This document shows positions 25,401-36,994 of a stretch of DNA of 64,000 nt, in pieces; the stretch's first letter is position 1; every line of letters starts with the position of its first letter. Origin of the DNA: Nemertoderma westbladi (lineage: Eukaryota > Animalia > Xenacoelomorpha). The position numbers and the translations under genes are program-made. Where the stretch lies: NCBI GenBank assembly GCA_032718475.1, contig JAUCBJ010006989.1, positions 1-64,000 of the forward strand, in the 5' to 3' direction. The notes under the pieces were generated by a model. It ran no database searches and was not told the DNA's origin. It saw only the letters and a list, made by a program, of their open reading frames with translations.

Positions 25401-26554
25401 ATGCATAACTGTATTTGTTCAGATACTCCATACATATTCATAATCGCTTTTAATATTCCAGCTTCTACATCTGTTGTTAACTTGTGTATTATAGTAATAC
25501 GCTTATAATACTTCATACATTCTAATAACATTGCAACAGTTTGTTCTAAATCGCCCCTTCCCCATAGTTCCTCTATTTGTTTTTCGATTTCACTCCCAAT
25601 TCCTGAATCGTTCAAATTAGACTGATTTGTAAATATTTCGTGTTTTCTCTCATACATCCAAGATATTAATCCAGCCAATCCGCCGGAATCACCCATAACA
25701 ATAATTGATATTTTACGTGCCAAAGATCGTTTCACATCTAAGAGTGTGGTTTTATTGTCTCCCTCCAACAAAATGGATATCTGAGGTAATCGACTTTTAT
25801 TATTATCCTGGCCTAAACTCGCTTGGTTTATAATCTCCGTCGAGAAATCAGCCCAAATCTCCAACTGTGATCCAACTTTTCCTGTTGTACCATCGTCTAT
25901 AAGTAAGAAGTGTGTGTGGTTGGGGTCTAATGCTACGCATTCGTCTTCCGAGTCACCATGGTCACCATCCGATTGGTACTGAATAACTGTCGGATTAGAT
26001 TGCGGGGATTGGATATCTTGTTTCGCTGTATTGCATGTTAATCTTTCCCTCTTCGCAACTGCTCCCCAAGTTGTTATTCCAATTAGCAAAACATCGGAAG
26101 ATTCCTTGGTATTTTGCGACACAACATCCCCAACCATTTTTGCAATACCAGTATTCAACCCGTGGTCCATTATCCAAACACCCTCTATTTGTGTCAGTTT
26201 AATTAGCATGTTTTGAAACGTTCGCCGTAAATTAGCCCTCTGGACACAAGGTTTTACAATATTTCCAAATACAGAGATAATTAGAGATGGCCGGTCCAGC
26301 TTCCAACAGTTTCTAAACAGTGCCAGCAGATCTTTAACATCAGTATCTACACTACATCTCAAGTACCTCGCTGTTTTTTTATCGCCTTTCAGTTGCATCT
26401 CACCAAATGCGTCTGTTGGGGCTGTCGTTGTACATGTACTAGATTCCCATTGAATTGAATCACCCATCTCACACTGATCAGAATGTTTAGATTTCTTCTT
26501 TCCACAGCAACATATTAAATTTCCTTCAATTTCATATTCTTCACTTAGATTTTC
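22478..26554 (-). CDS. TRPM: TRPM-family cation channel, large second coding exon
   Basis: Acceptor TTTCAG|GAA at 26554 is in frame (ENLSEE...CCCG...MGD). MHR motifs (PTDAFG, LDPNHTHFLLIDDG, WNRADIAK), six TM segments, LGPKL, YFHIYGELFLDE pore, LLLNLLIAMF, TRP box WLFQRY, PVLPPPF, then coiled coil. No NUDT9-H or kinase domain. Confidence 0.95.
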   Translation of the reverse strand, partial: ENLSEEYEIEGNLICCCGKKKSKHSDQCEMGDSIQWESSTCTTTAPTDAFGEMQLKGDKKTARYLRCSVDTDVKDLLALFRNCWKLDRPSLIISVFGNIVKPCVQRANLRRTFQNMLIKLTQIEGVWIMDHGLNTGIAKMVGDVVSQNTKESSDVLLIGITTWGAVAKRERLTCNTAKQDIQSPQSNPTVIQYQSDGDHGDSEDECVALDPNHTHFLLIDDGTTGKVGSQLEIWADFSTEIINQASLGQDNNKSRLPQISILLEGDNKTTLLDVKRSLARKISIIVMGDSGGLAGLISWMYERKHEIFTNQSNLNDSGIGSEIEKQIEELWGRGDLEQTVAMLLECMKYYKRITIIHKLTTDVEAGILKAIMNMYGVSEQIQLCMEWNRADIAKSYIFDGGIRSNHVNLHQHLYAALVNDQMDFVHLFSDNGVNLLKFLTVSRLTDLYNNLPRNCILEKILNNYITNGDRFTLYNVGDVIEYLIGHSIYYNSIYKRDSKYNKDKGKSKIQLDSPSNISEPLIYISETKKINKPISHALESGIDKQDANGGISKDEVEYLENVFEEPARELLIYSLLLCRTEMSQYFWCEANFSCASALLACKIAKSLSTSHYNRDFKQISQYKALATTFEERAIGVLDECYKNNCLKTMCILCAELPLFGKTTILELAQTGNCRKFMSQSACQALLTSLWFGEMSQDTSQFIIAGLMCTPFLAPYFVEYHGDVEELSIIKRGCISRILDQSRPHFKLRKPVENIRQLSSLDEFNVRQLSYGEKLYQFGRAPIVVFWFNVIFFVLYLFLFSYIVRMHVYDLDDSNETFNTNKSSINYPHANPANKPSSWEIFLMVWTFIIFIEEFRQIYDRDIPSWKNKVLSWSRDIWNKLDFLGIAFFTIGMILRFVGDHTTAVKIMYCFSLWFLFTRLLHAASLSRTLGPKLVIMKKMVVDLMFFVIVLAVYSIAYGVVTQGLMYPSDKRDAITIFKNIFYHSYFHIYGELFLDEYNMDDCQTSSFDSPCAQQSSWTILFLSFYLILCYILLLNLLIAMFSSTFETVQEKTDEYWLFQRYTLIEEYYSKPVLPPPFILISLILRFVGIHSKRRIRINYTAEILHNLSSWEERPANNFIYKRDNANNKSLEKRLQDIDIKLKNVIINLSEIRYNMYNMLEGLKRSIDYQFRKFSEPQEITLTRMELGEKKLCELENTPDVLEERILGKLQVAVKAINNGSYQSKIALLTLASEQAKAIRELNDAKKAVENLKRSVNKQLYHLEEQVIECGGNVLAFSDILSARIGKIELEIKELAVKISNIPIVFGSVINRKLLGEKHVEHTRENERAARLAKLEKYISEFRFEALKILDKIASNVLL

Positions 26555-26781
26555 CTGAAATGATAAGATTACACATATTGTATTATAAATATTTTTGAGA
26601 TTTGGATATTTATGTCGCCGTTATTGCATCGTAGAATGAAAGGGAATTACACCACAATAGTTTTGTTGCTTCACAGTTCATCTAATTATTTTCTATATGT
26701 TGTGTAACTAATGTTGCGTGTTTGAAAGCTACATTATCTTAAAAACGTAACTAGACATTCTTACGTAAGTTAAGCTGTTAC

Positions 26782-26937
26782 CTGCACGAAGGTATTGCAT
26801 TCCAGTTTATTAAATGTTTCAGGAATCCAAATATATTCTACATAAGATCCTTCGTCTCTAGTGGTATCCCATCTTTCTATAATACCCGTCCTCCTAGGGC
26901 GGCTATCATTTCTATAGTCACATCTATTGAAATCCAT
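26782..26937 (-). CDS. TRPM: TRPM first coding exon (52 aa), absent from the ORF track
   Basis: ATG at 26937 gives MDFNRCDY...YIWIPETFNKLECNTFVQ|GTAAC. WIPxxFxKxECxxF is the conserved TRPM N-terminal motif. Phase-0 GT-AG intron 26781-26555; total ~1410 aa. Confidence 0.85.
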
Positions 26938-28189
26938 GCTAAAGATGAAACTGGAAAAGTTTTTTTGGATGAAAGATTATTCAAGTTACAATTCAAACCT
27001 GAAAGATGTCCATTTTTATACTATGTTTAATATGAAATTAAATATTAATTTCCAATATTTTTATTGATAAATAGGTGTACCTCTTCCAAAATAATTATTG
27101 TTATCCGAAGATAGCTGGCGTCTTAATTATAATTTCTGTATGTTTTTCACCTTTAGGTGGGATTATATTGATGGTAATTTATAATTTATTTAAGTGGAAT
27201 TTTTTTAGAAAGTCTCAATTAATAAATATAATAATTTCTGCCCCGAGCCGCTCCGCACACAAGGTGGTGTTGAAATATATATTATATTTATGAAATGTAC
27301 TTTAGTTTTTGCTAAAAAATTAATTGAATCGTACTCCCCTCCCTACCCCTCAAATCTAACTTGATTAAATGAAGGTAATATATAACCGGCTTATATTAAA
27401 TTATTATTTAAAAATCTTTTCAAATAAATAATGAAATTTCCATTTAAACTTGAGAATTTCTTACTTGGAACCAATTTATACCACAGCTTTTTACCTTCGC
27501 CTACGGCACAGATAATAAATTGTTTACAAATGTTATGTTAATGTTATGCTACAGTACGTTGTTACATTCCATACAATGACGACTACGACTACAGATTATT
27601 GCTATATTTATACTTCATACCAATCGACCTTTGACTTGGCACTTGTCATCCATGGCCGGATTTGTGAATCATTGTTATGTAACAAAGAATATGTAAGGAC
27701 GTTTTGTAGGTCTATACAGTACACTATACTCATTTAGAAAGCAACTCATAGAACACTAGATTGTCCATTGTGATCCATGTTCAATGATATACACCTGTGA
27801 CTTCTTAACTTCTAAATGACTTGTCACTAGGATTCTACTCTACAGTATATTGAAAGTTTAATGTAATGCAGCCGAGTGTGTATGTAATTATATTATTTGG
27901 CACAAAGGATCACATGTATTATTACTTATCAAAATCACTTTGATGTAACCGCTTTACTTGTATCCATTGCTACATAAATCATTGTTTCTTAATTAATATT
28001 ATATTCCATCTTCAAGACTATTCGGTCCATATTTGTCAGCACGATTCCATCCCACGAATATATGAATTATTGCTCAGATTTCTGATATCCAAACATATGC
28101 AAAATCGCTTTTAATATTTGTTTTATATCATAATAACCAAGACAGTAATATCTTTACGCCATGGATGCACTAGTGACGTTACGTTTAAA

Positions 28190-31100
28190 GGGAGCAGCTC
28201 ACATCCTGATTATCTCTAGATCTGCCTCAACCCTCGACTCAGTTCCACTCGGGGTAGCCCACACCCTGATTATCTCTAGATTTGCCTCAACCCTCGCCTG
28301 AGTTCCACTCAGGGTAGCTCACATCCTGATTCTCTCTAGATCTTCCTCAACCCTCGTCTGAGTTCCACTCGGGGTAGCCCACACCCTGATTATCTCTAGA
28401 TCTGCCTCAACCCTCGACTCAGTTCCACTCGGGGTAGCCCACACCCTGATTATCTCTAGATCTGCCTCAACCCTCGCCTGAGTTCCACTCAGGGTAGCTC
28501 ACATCCTGATTCTCTCTAGATCTGCCTCAACCCTCGCATGAGTTCCACTCGGGGTAGCCCACACCCTGATTATCTCTAGATCTTCCTCAAACCTCGTCTG
28601 AGTTCCACTCGGGGTAGCCCACACCCTGATTATCTCTAGATCTTGCTCAACCCTCGTCTGAGTTCCACTCGGGGTAGCCCACACCCTGATTATCTCTAGA
28701 TCTTGCTCAACCCTCGTCTGAGTTCCACTTGGGGTAGCCCACATCCTGATTATCTCTAGATCTTCCTCAACCCTCACCTCAGTTCCACTTGGGGTAGCCC
28801 ACACCCTGATTATCTCTGATCTGCCTCAACCCTCGCCTGAGTTCCACTCGGGGTAGCCCACACCCTGATTATCTCTAGATCTGCCTCAAACCTCGCCTCA
28901 GTTCCACTCGGGGTAGCCCACACTCTGATTATTTCTAGATCTGCCTCAACCCTCGCCTGAGTTCCACTCGGGGTAGCCCACACCATGATTATTTCTAGAT
29001 CTGCCTCAACCCTCGCCTTAGTTCCACTCGGGGTAGCCCACACCATGATTATTTCTAGATCTGCCTCAAACCTCGCCTCAGTTCCACTCGGGGTAGCCCA
29101 CACCCTGATTATTTCTAGATCTGCCTCAACCCTCGCCTGAGTTCCACTCGGGGTAGCCCACACCATGATTATTTCTAGATCTGCCTCAACCCTCGCCTTA
29201 GTTCCACTCGGGGTAGCCCATACCATGATTATTTCTAGATCTGCCTCAACCCTCGCCTGAGTTCCACTCGGGGTAGCCCACACCCTGATTATCTCTAGAT
29301 CTGCCTCAACCCTCGCCTCAGTTCTACTCGGGGTAGCCCACACCCTGATTATTTTCTAGATCTGCCTCAACCCTCGCCTGAGTTCCACTCGGGGTAGCCC
29401 ACACCCTGATTATCTCTAGATCTGCCTCAACCCTCGCCTCAGTTCCACTTGGGGTAGCCCACACCCTGATTATCTCTGATCTGCCTCAACCCTCGCCTGA
29501 GTTCCACTCGGGGTAGCCCACACCCTTATTACTCTAGATATGCCTCAAACCTCACCTGAGTTCCATTCGGGGTAGCCCACACCATGATTATCTCTAGATC
29601 TGCCTCAAACCTCGTCTGAGTTCCACTCGGGGTAGCCCACACCATGATTATTTCTAGATCTGCCTCAACCCTCGCATGAGTTCCACTCGGGGTAGCCCAC
29701 ACCCTGATTATCTCTAGATCTGCCTCAACCCTCGCATGAGTTCCAGTCGGGGTAGCCCACACCCTGATTATCTCTAGATCTGCCTCAACCCTCGCATGAG
29801 TTCCAGTCGGGGTAGCCCACACCCTGATTATCTCTAGATCTGCCTCAACCCTCGCATGAGTTCCAGTCGGGGTAGCCCACACCATGATTATCTCTAGATC
29901 TGCCTCAAACCTCGTCTGAGTTCCACTCGGGGTAGCCCACACCATGATTATTTCTAGATCTGCCTCAACCCTCGCATGAGTTCCAGTCGGGGTAGCCCAC
30001 ACCCTGATTATCTCTAGATCTGCCTCAACCCTCGCATGAGTTCCACTCGGGGTAGCCCACGCCCTTATTACTCTAGATATGCCTCAAACCTCACCTGAGT
30101 TCCATTCGGGGTAGCCCACACCATGATTATCTCTAGATCTGCCTCAAACCTCGTCTGAGTTCCACTCGGGGTAGCCCACACCCTGATTATCTCTAGATCT
30201 CCTTCAACCCTCGTCTGAGTTCCACTCGGGGGTAGCCCACACCCTGATTATCTCTAGATCTTCCTCAACCCTCGCCTCAGTTCCACTTGGGGTAGCCCAC
30301 ACCCTGATTATCTCTAGATCTGCCTCAACCCTCGCCTGAGTTCCACTCGGGGTAGCCCACATCCTGATTATCTCTAGATCTTCCTCAACCCTCGTCTGAG
30401 TTCCACTCGGGGGTAGCCCACACCCTGATTATCTCTAGATCTTCCTCAACCCTCGCCTCAGTTCCACTTGGGGTAGCCCACACCCTGATTATCTCTAGAT
30501 CTGCCTCAAACCTCGCCTCAGTTCCACTCGGGGTAGCCCACACCCTGATTATCTCTAGATCTGCCTCAACCCTCGCCTTAGTTCCACTCGGGGTAGCCCA
30601 CACCATGACTATCTCTAGATCTGCCTCAACCCTCGCCTGAGTTCCACTCGGGGTAGCCCACACCATGATTATTTCTAGATCTGCCTCAACCCTCGCATGA
30701 GTTCCAGTCGGGGTAGCCCACACCCTGATTATCTCTAGATCTGCCTCAACCCTCGCCTCAGTTCCACTCGGGGTAGCCCACACCCTGATTATCTCTAGAT
30801 CTTCCTCAACCCTCGTCTGAGTTCCACTCGGGGTAGCCCACACCCTGATTATCTCTAGATCTGCCTCAACCCTCGCCTGAGTTCCACTCGGGGTAGCCCA
30901 CACCCTGATTATCTCTAGATCTTCCTCAACCCTCGTCTGAGTTCCACTCGGGGTAGCCCACACCTTGATTATCTCTAGATCTGCCTCAACCCTCGCCTGA
31001 GTTCCACTCGGGGTTGCCCACACCCTGATTATCTCTAGATTTGCCTCAACCCTCGCCTGAGTTCCACTCAGGGTAGCTCACATCCTGATTCTCTCTAGAT

Positions 31101-34100
31101 CTTCCTCAACCCTCGTCTGAGTTCCACTCGGGGTAGCCCACACCCTGATTATCTCTAGATCTGCCTCAACCCTCGACTCAGTTCCACTCGGGGTAGCCCA
31201 CACCCTGATTATCTCTAGATCTGCCTCAACCCTCGCCTGAGTTCCACTCAGGGTAGCTCACATCCTGATTCTCTCTAGATCTGCCTCAACCCTCGCATGA
31301 GTTCCACTCGGGGTAGCCCACACCCTGATTATCTCTAGATCTTCCTCAAACCTCGTCTGAGTTCCACTCGGTGTAGCCCACACCCTGATTATCTCTAGAT
31401 CTGCCTCAACCCTCGTCTGAGTTCCACTCAGGGTAGCCCACACCCTGATTATCTCTAGATCTGCCTCAACCCTCGCCTCAGTTCCACTCGGGGGTAGCCC
31501 ACACCCTGATTATCTCTAGATCTTCCTCAACCCTCACCTGAGTTCCATTCGGGGTAGCCCACACCATGATTATCTCTAGATCTGCCTCAAACCTCGCCTC
31601 AGTTCCACTCGGGGTAGCCCGCACCCTGATTATTTCTAGATCTGCCTCAACCCTCGCCTGAGTTCCACTCGGGGTAGCCCACACCATGATTATTTCTAGA
31701 TCTGCCTCAACCCTCGCCTTAGTTCCACTCGGGGTAGCCCATACCATGATTATTTCTAGATCTGCCTCAACCCTCGCCTGAGTTCCACTCGGGGTGCCCA
31801 CATCCTGATTATCTCTAGATCTGCCTCAACCCTCGCCTGAGTTCCACTCGGGGTAGCCCATACCATGATTATTTCTAGATCTGCCTCAACCCTCGCCTCA
31901 GTTCCACTTGGGGTAGCCCACACCCTGATTATCTCTAGATCTTGCTCAACCCTCGTCTGAGTTCCACTCGGGGTAGCCCACACCCTGATTATCTCTAGAT
32001 CTGCCTCAACCCTCGCCTGAGTTCCACTCGGGGTAGCCCACACCCTGATTATCTCTAGATCTTCCTCAACCCTCGTCTGAGTTCCACTCGGGGTAGCCCA
32101 CACCCTGATTATCTCTAGATCTTCCTCAACCCTCGTCTGAGTTCCACTCGGGGTAGCCCACACCCTGATTATCTCTAGATCTTGCTCAACCCTCGTCTGA
32201 GTTCCACTTGGGGTAGCCCACATCCTGATTATCTCTAGATCTTCCTCAACCCTCACCTCAGTTCCACTTGGGGTAGCCCACACCCTGATTATCTCTGATC
32301 TGCCTCAACCCTCGCCTGAGTTCCACTCGGGGTAGCCCACACCCTGATTATCTCTAGATCTGCCTCAAACCTCGCCTCAGTTCCACTCGGGGTAGCCCAC
32401 ACCCTGATTATTTCTAGATCTGCCTCAACCCTCGCCTGAGTTCCACTCGGGGTAGCCCACACCATGATTATTTCTAGATCTGCCTCAACCCTCGCCTTAG
32501 TTCCACTCGGGGTAGCCCACACCATGATTATTTCTAGATCTGCCTCAAACCTCGCCTCAGTTCCACTCGGGGTAGCCCACACCCTGATTATTTCTAGATC
32601 TGCCTCAACCCTCGCCTGAGTTCCACTCGGGGTAGCCCACACCATGATTATTTCTAGATCTGCCTCAACCCTCGCCTTAGTTCCACTCGGGGTAGCCCAT
32701 ACCATGATTATTTCTAGATCTGCCTCAACCCTCGCCTGAGTTCCACTCGGGGTAGCCCACACCCTGATTATCTCTAGATCTGCCTCAACCCTCGCCTCAG
32801 TTCTACTCGGGGTAGCCCACACCCTGATTATTTTCTAGATCTGCCTCAACCCTCGCCTGAGTTCCACTCGGGGTAGCCCACACCCTGATTATCTCTAGAT
32901 CTGCCTCAACCCTCGCCTCAGTTCCACTTGGGGTAGCCCACACCCTGATTATCTCTGATCTGCCTCAACCCTCGCCTGAGTTCCACTCGGGGTAGCCCAC
33001 ACCCTTATTACTCTAGATATGCCTCAAACCTCACCTGAGTTCCATTCGGGGTAGCCCACACCATGATTATCTCTAGATCTGCCTCAAACCTCGTCTGAGT
33101 TCCACTCGGGGTAGCCCACACCATGATTATTTCTAGATCTGCCTCAACCCTCGCATGAGTTCCACTCGGGGTAGCCCACACCCTGATTATCTCTAGATCT
33201 GCCTCAACCCTCGCATGAGTTCCAGTCGGGGTAGCCCACACCCTGATTATCTCTAGATCTGCCTCAACCCTCGCATGAGTTCCAGTCGGGGTAGCCCACA
33301 CCCTGATTATCTCTAGATCTGCCTCAACCCTCGCATGAGTTCCAGTCGGGGTAGCCCACACCATGATTATCTCTAGATCTGCCTCAAACCTCGTCTGAGT
33401 TCCACTCGGGGTAGCCCACACCATGATTATTTCTAGATCTGCCTCAACCCTCGCATGAGTTCCAGTCGGGGTAGCCCACACCCTGATTATCTCTAGATCT
33501 GCCTCAACCCTCGCATGAGTTCCACTCGGGGTAGCCCACACCCTTATTACTCTAGATATGCCTCAAACCTCACCTGAGTTCCATTCGGGGTAGCCCACAC
33601 CATGATTATCTCTAGATCTGCCTCAAACCTCGTCTGAGTTCCACTCGGGGTAGCCCACACCCTGATTATCTCTAGATCTCCTTCAACCCTCGTCTGAGTT
33701 CCACTCGGGGGTAGCCCACACCCTGATTATCTCTAGATCTTCCTCAACCCTCGCCTCAGTTCCACTTGGGGTAGCCCACACCCTGATTATCTCTAGATCT
33801 GCCTCAACCCTCGCCTGAGTTCCACTCGGGGTAGCCCACATCCTGATTATCTCTAGATCTTCCTCAACCCTCGTCTGAGTTCCACTCGGGGGTAGCCCAC
33901 ACCCTGATTATCTCTAGATCTTCCTCAACCCTCGCCTCAGTTCCACTTGGGGTAGCCCACACCCTGATTATCTCTAGATCTGCCTCAACCCTCGCCTGAG
34001 TTCCACTCGGGGTAGCCCACACCCTGATTATCTCTAGATCTGCCTCAAACCTCGCCTCAGTTCCACTCGGGGTAGCCCACACCCTGATTATCTCTAGATC

Positions 34101-35217
34101 TGCCTCAACCCTCGCCTTAGTTCCACTCGGGGTAGCCCACACCATGACTATCTCTAGATCTGCCTCAACCCTCGCCTGAGTTCCACTCGGGGTAGCCCAC
34201 ACCATGATTATTTCTAGATCTGCCTCAACCCTCGCATGAGTTCCAGTCGGGGTAGCCCACACCCTGATTATCTCTAGATCTGCCTCAACCCTCGCCTCAG
34301 TTCCACTCGGGGTAGCCCACACCCTGATTATCTCTAGATCTTCCTCAACCCTCGTCTGAGTTCCACTCGGGGTAGCCCACACCCTGATTATCTCTAGATC
34401 TGCCTCAACCCTCGCCTGAGTTCCACTCGGGGTAGCCCACACCCTGATTATCTCTAGATCTTCCTCAACCCTCGTCTGAGTTCCACTCGGGGTAGCCCAC
34501 ACCTTGATTATCTCTAGATCTGCCTCAACCCTCGCCTGAGTTCCACTCGGGGTTGCCCACACCCTGATTATCTCTAGATCTGCATCAACCCTCGCATGAG
34601 TTCCACTCGGGGTAGCCCACACCCGGATTATCTCTAGATCTTCCTCAACCCTCGTCTGAGTTCCACTCGGGGTAGCCCACACCCTGATAATCTCTAGATC
34701 TGCCTCAACCCTCGTCTGAGTTCCACTCAGGGTAGCCCACATCCTGATTATCTCTAGATCTGCCTCAACCCTCGCGTCATTTCTACTCGGGGGTAGCCCA
34801 TACCCTGATTATATCTAAATCTGTCTCAACCCTCGCCTGGGTTCCACTCGGGGTAGCCCACATCCTGATTATCTCTAGATCTGCCTCAACCTTCGTCTGA
34901 GTTCCACTTGGGGTAACCCACACCCTGATTATCTCTAGATCTGCCTCAACCCTCGCCTCAGTTCTACTCGGGGTAGCCCACACCATGATTATTTCTAGAT
35001 CTGCCTCAACCCTCGCCTGGGTTCCACTCGGGGTAGCCCACACCCGGATTATTTCTAGATCTGCCTCAACCCTCGCCAGAGTTCCACTCGGGGGTAGCCC
35101 ACACCCTGATTATCTTTAGATCTGCCTCAACCCTCGTCTGAGTTCCACTCGAGGTAGCCCACATCCTGATTCTCTCTAGATCTGCCTCAACCCTCGCCTG
35201 AGTTCCACCGGGGGTAG
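28190..35217. repeat. 60-bp tandem satellite, ~117 monomers, with higher-order duplications
   Basis: Consensus CACACCCTGATTATCTCTAGATCTGCCTCAACCCTCGCCTGAGTTCCACTCGGGGTAGCC. Identical ORF translations recur at offset 3479. Confidence 0.98.
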
Positions 35218-35424
35218 GGCCATCCAGGGTCACAATCAAAACAAACAACAAACAAAAACAAATATAATAAACATGCTCAACATACAGGTATGTATCGCAC
35301 CCTAACCCTAAACCTAACCGCCATACAATCAATGATACAGGTGATAAACTGCACGATAGCTAAGCCTATATATATTCTATAAGAAAACATATGACGTTGT
35401 TTTCGCCGCAAAATGGGTAGAACT

Positions 35425-35960
35425 GGTGAGTAGGCTTTCCAGGATTTGGAAGTCACCGAGAATTAATCGGAAACTTAAGGTCCGGTTATTTAGAGCAGCA
35501 GTAGTTCCAGTACTCCTCTATGGGAGTCCATGCTGGGCTCTAACTGCTGAGGACACCAAATCTCTGGACGGCACTTTCACAAGAATGCTACGCCGGGTTC
35601 ATTGTGTCAAGTTCAATGCACACATCTCCAACAACTATATAACATTGGAGGTGTCTCATTGGTTCCCCCAAGCTTGACACTAGAACAAAATCGCCTCCGC
35701 TTTGCAGGACATTGCTTTCGCCGTGAGGACCAGCCAGTGCATAATCTTCTTCTTTGGCAGCCTCATGGAGTGAATAAGCATGGTGGACAGCCCACGACTT
35801 TCTTGAGACGCATCTTAAAGGACACTGGCCTTGAAGATGCGGATGATCTAGCAAATGCCATGGGTGATAGGGAGTTGTGGCGGTGCAATTTTGTCGATAA
35901 GCCGGCACAGCATTCTTAAAAATGCAGCTCCAATGCAGCATGCCGATCCTAGTAGTAGGA
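35425..35960 (+). mobile_element. 5'-truncated RTE-clade LINE with 3' UTR and (TAG)n tail
   Basis: LSRIWKS...LKVRLFRAAV..VLLYGS..WALT; RLRFAGHCFR; tail AATGCAGCATGCCGATCCTAGTAGTAG. Confidence 0.9.
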
Positions 35961-36162
35961 GGGTAGAACTGGGGGTAATTAGAATGTGTTAATGGTAAAA
36001 TAGTAAATATACCCTATTGTTACCCAAATGCCCAGTAATTAAGCTGTTTACCTAACTGCCACGGGGAAGGGGGAGGGGGGGGGGGGGGGGGGAGGCTAAG
36101 GCTGAGAATATAGAATTCTAGATATTTATATAATATATAATATATAAATATATATATCGATA

Positions 36163-36350
36163 GGGCGGGGTAGCTCAGTTTGTTGAGCGCCGGGCCTGCA
36201 ATCTATTGGTTGTAGGTTCAACCCCGCCAGGGTCCACTCACTCAGCCTTTCATCGGGATAGAAGTAGCGCCCACCCCTACCCTCGGGTAGCAGCTATCGA
36301 AAGAGGAGCCTTCGGGTCGCCTCCGGCTTCGGCCGACTGTTTACTTGCTT
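36163..36350 (+). mobile_element. tRNA-derived SINE (GCA anticodon-like head) ending in (TA)n
   Basis: A box TAGCTCAGTTTG, B box GGTTCAACCC, body CACTCAGCCTTTCATC, and a 3' GTAGCAGCTATCGAAAGAGGAGCCTTCGGGTCGCC tail resembling invertebrate SINE tails; flanked by TA-rich tracts. Confidence 0.75.
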
Positions 36351-36394
36351 TTTTGCTTTATATATATATATATATAAATATTATTATTTATATT

Positions 36395-36596
36395 ATAGAT
36401 TTTATATTTATTAAGTGTTTTATAGCACTTATTTCAGTCTTATAACCTGTACATATACTAATTCGTTTATTGTTTTGTTTAGATTCAGCCCTTCTGTTAC
36501 CTGTGTATTTGGTGAAAACCTGATATTCTTCACATGGGGGTAACTGCAAAGTGAAAAATAACGGTAGAAAGTGTGGTATTCTTCACAAAGGGCCCT
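36395..36596 (-). mobile_element. Arm of the long-TIR family seen at 39159-40566
   Basis: Reverse complement of 39159-39345. Confidence 0.8.
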
Positions 36597-36654
36597 AACC
36601 CTAAGTCATAATACCAGAAATTTAGCATTGGACGCATTGGAAATTGGACGCAAA

Positions 36655-36860
36655 TAACCCAAATAATAGCTGAAGCTGATTACTCTAAAAATAAAACTGT
36701 AACCTGTTCTATTGTGTTTAGTTTAGTTTATTGTTTTGGTTAAAATAACGTAGTAACGGTAAAAATTAAACGTTAATGTAACGGTAAAAATTAACATTGG
36801 GGCGGGATATTAATTCGCCAAGATGGGATTTGCATCCAGTTCCCCCCCTGTCTCGCACTA
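36655..36860. repeat. Dispersed repeat with an inverted copy at ~44625-44800
   Basis: AAAAATAAAACTGTAACCTGTT and ATATTAATTCG..AGATGGGATT are mirrored at 44755-44773 and 44632-44657. Confidence 0.6.
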
Positions 36861-36994
36861 TCATATCCTAACATCCGAAACTGCCAAACAGCTTTATATT
36901 GTTTGTATGATTTATCTTATTTGAATTAATTTACCTCTCTTTGATTAAAGTTAGTTTGATTAATAGTTCGATTCGAACTAGAGCTCATTCGTTC

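Noticed and set aside
28499-35043. Repeat ORFs annotated as protein-coding genes
   Set aside because: They are products of a stop-free satellite frame, mostly with GTG starts, frequent frameshifts and mainly non-synonymous variation.
28190-35217. CRISPR array or tandem ribozyme array
   Set aside because: Monomers are contiguous with no unique spacers and no cas genes. CTGATTA is not CUGANGA and there is no GAAA core.
35298-35320. Telomeric repeat (CCCTAA-like; also 36593-36604)
   Set aside because: Only 2-3 imperfect units; such motifs are common in transposon subterminal DNA.
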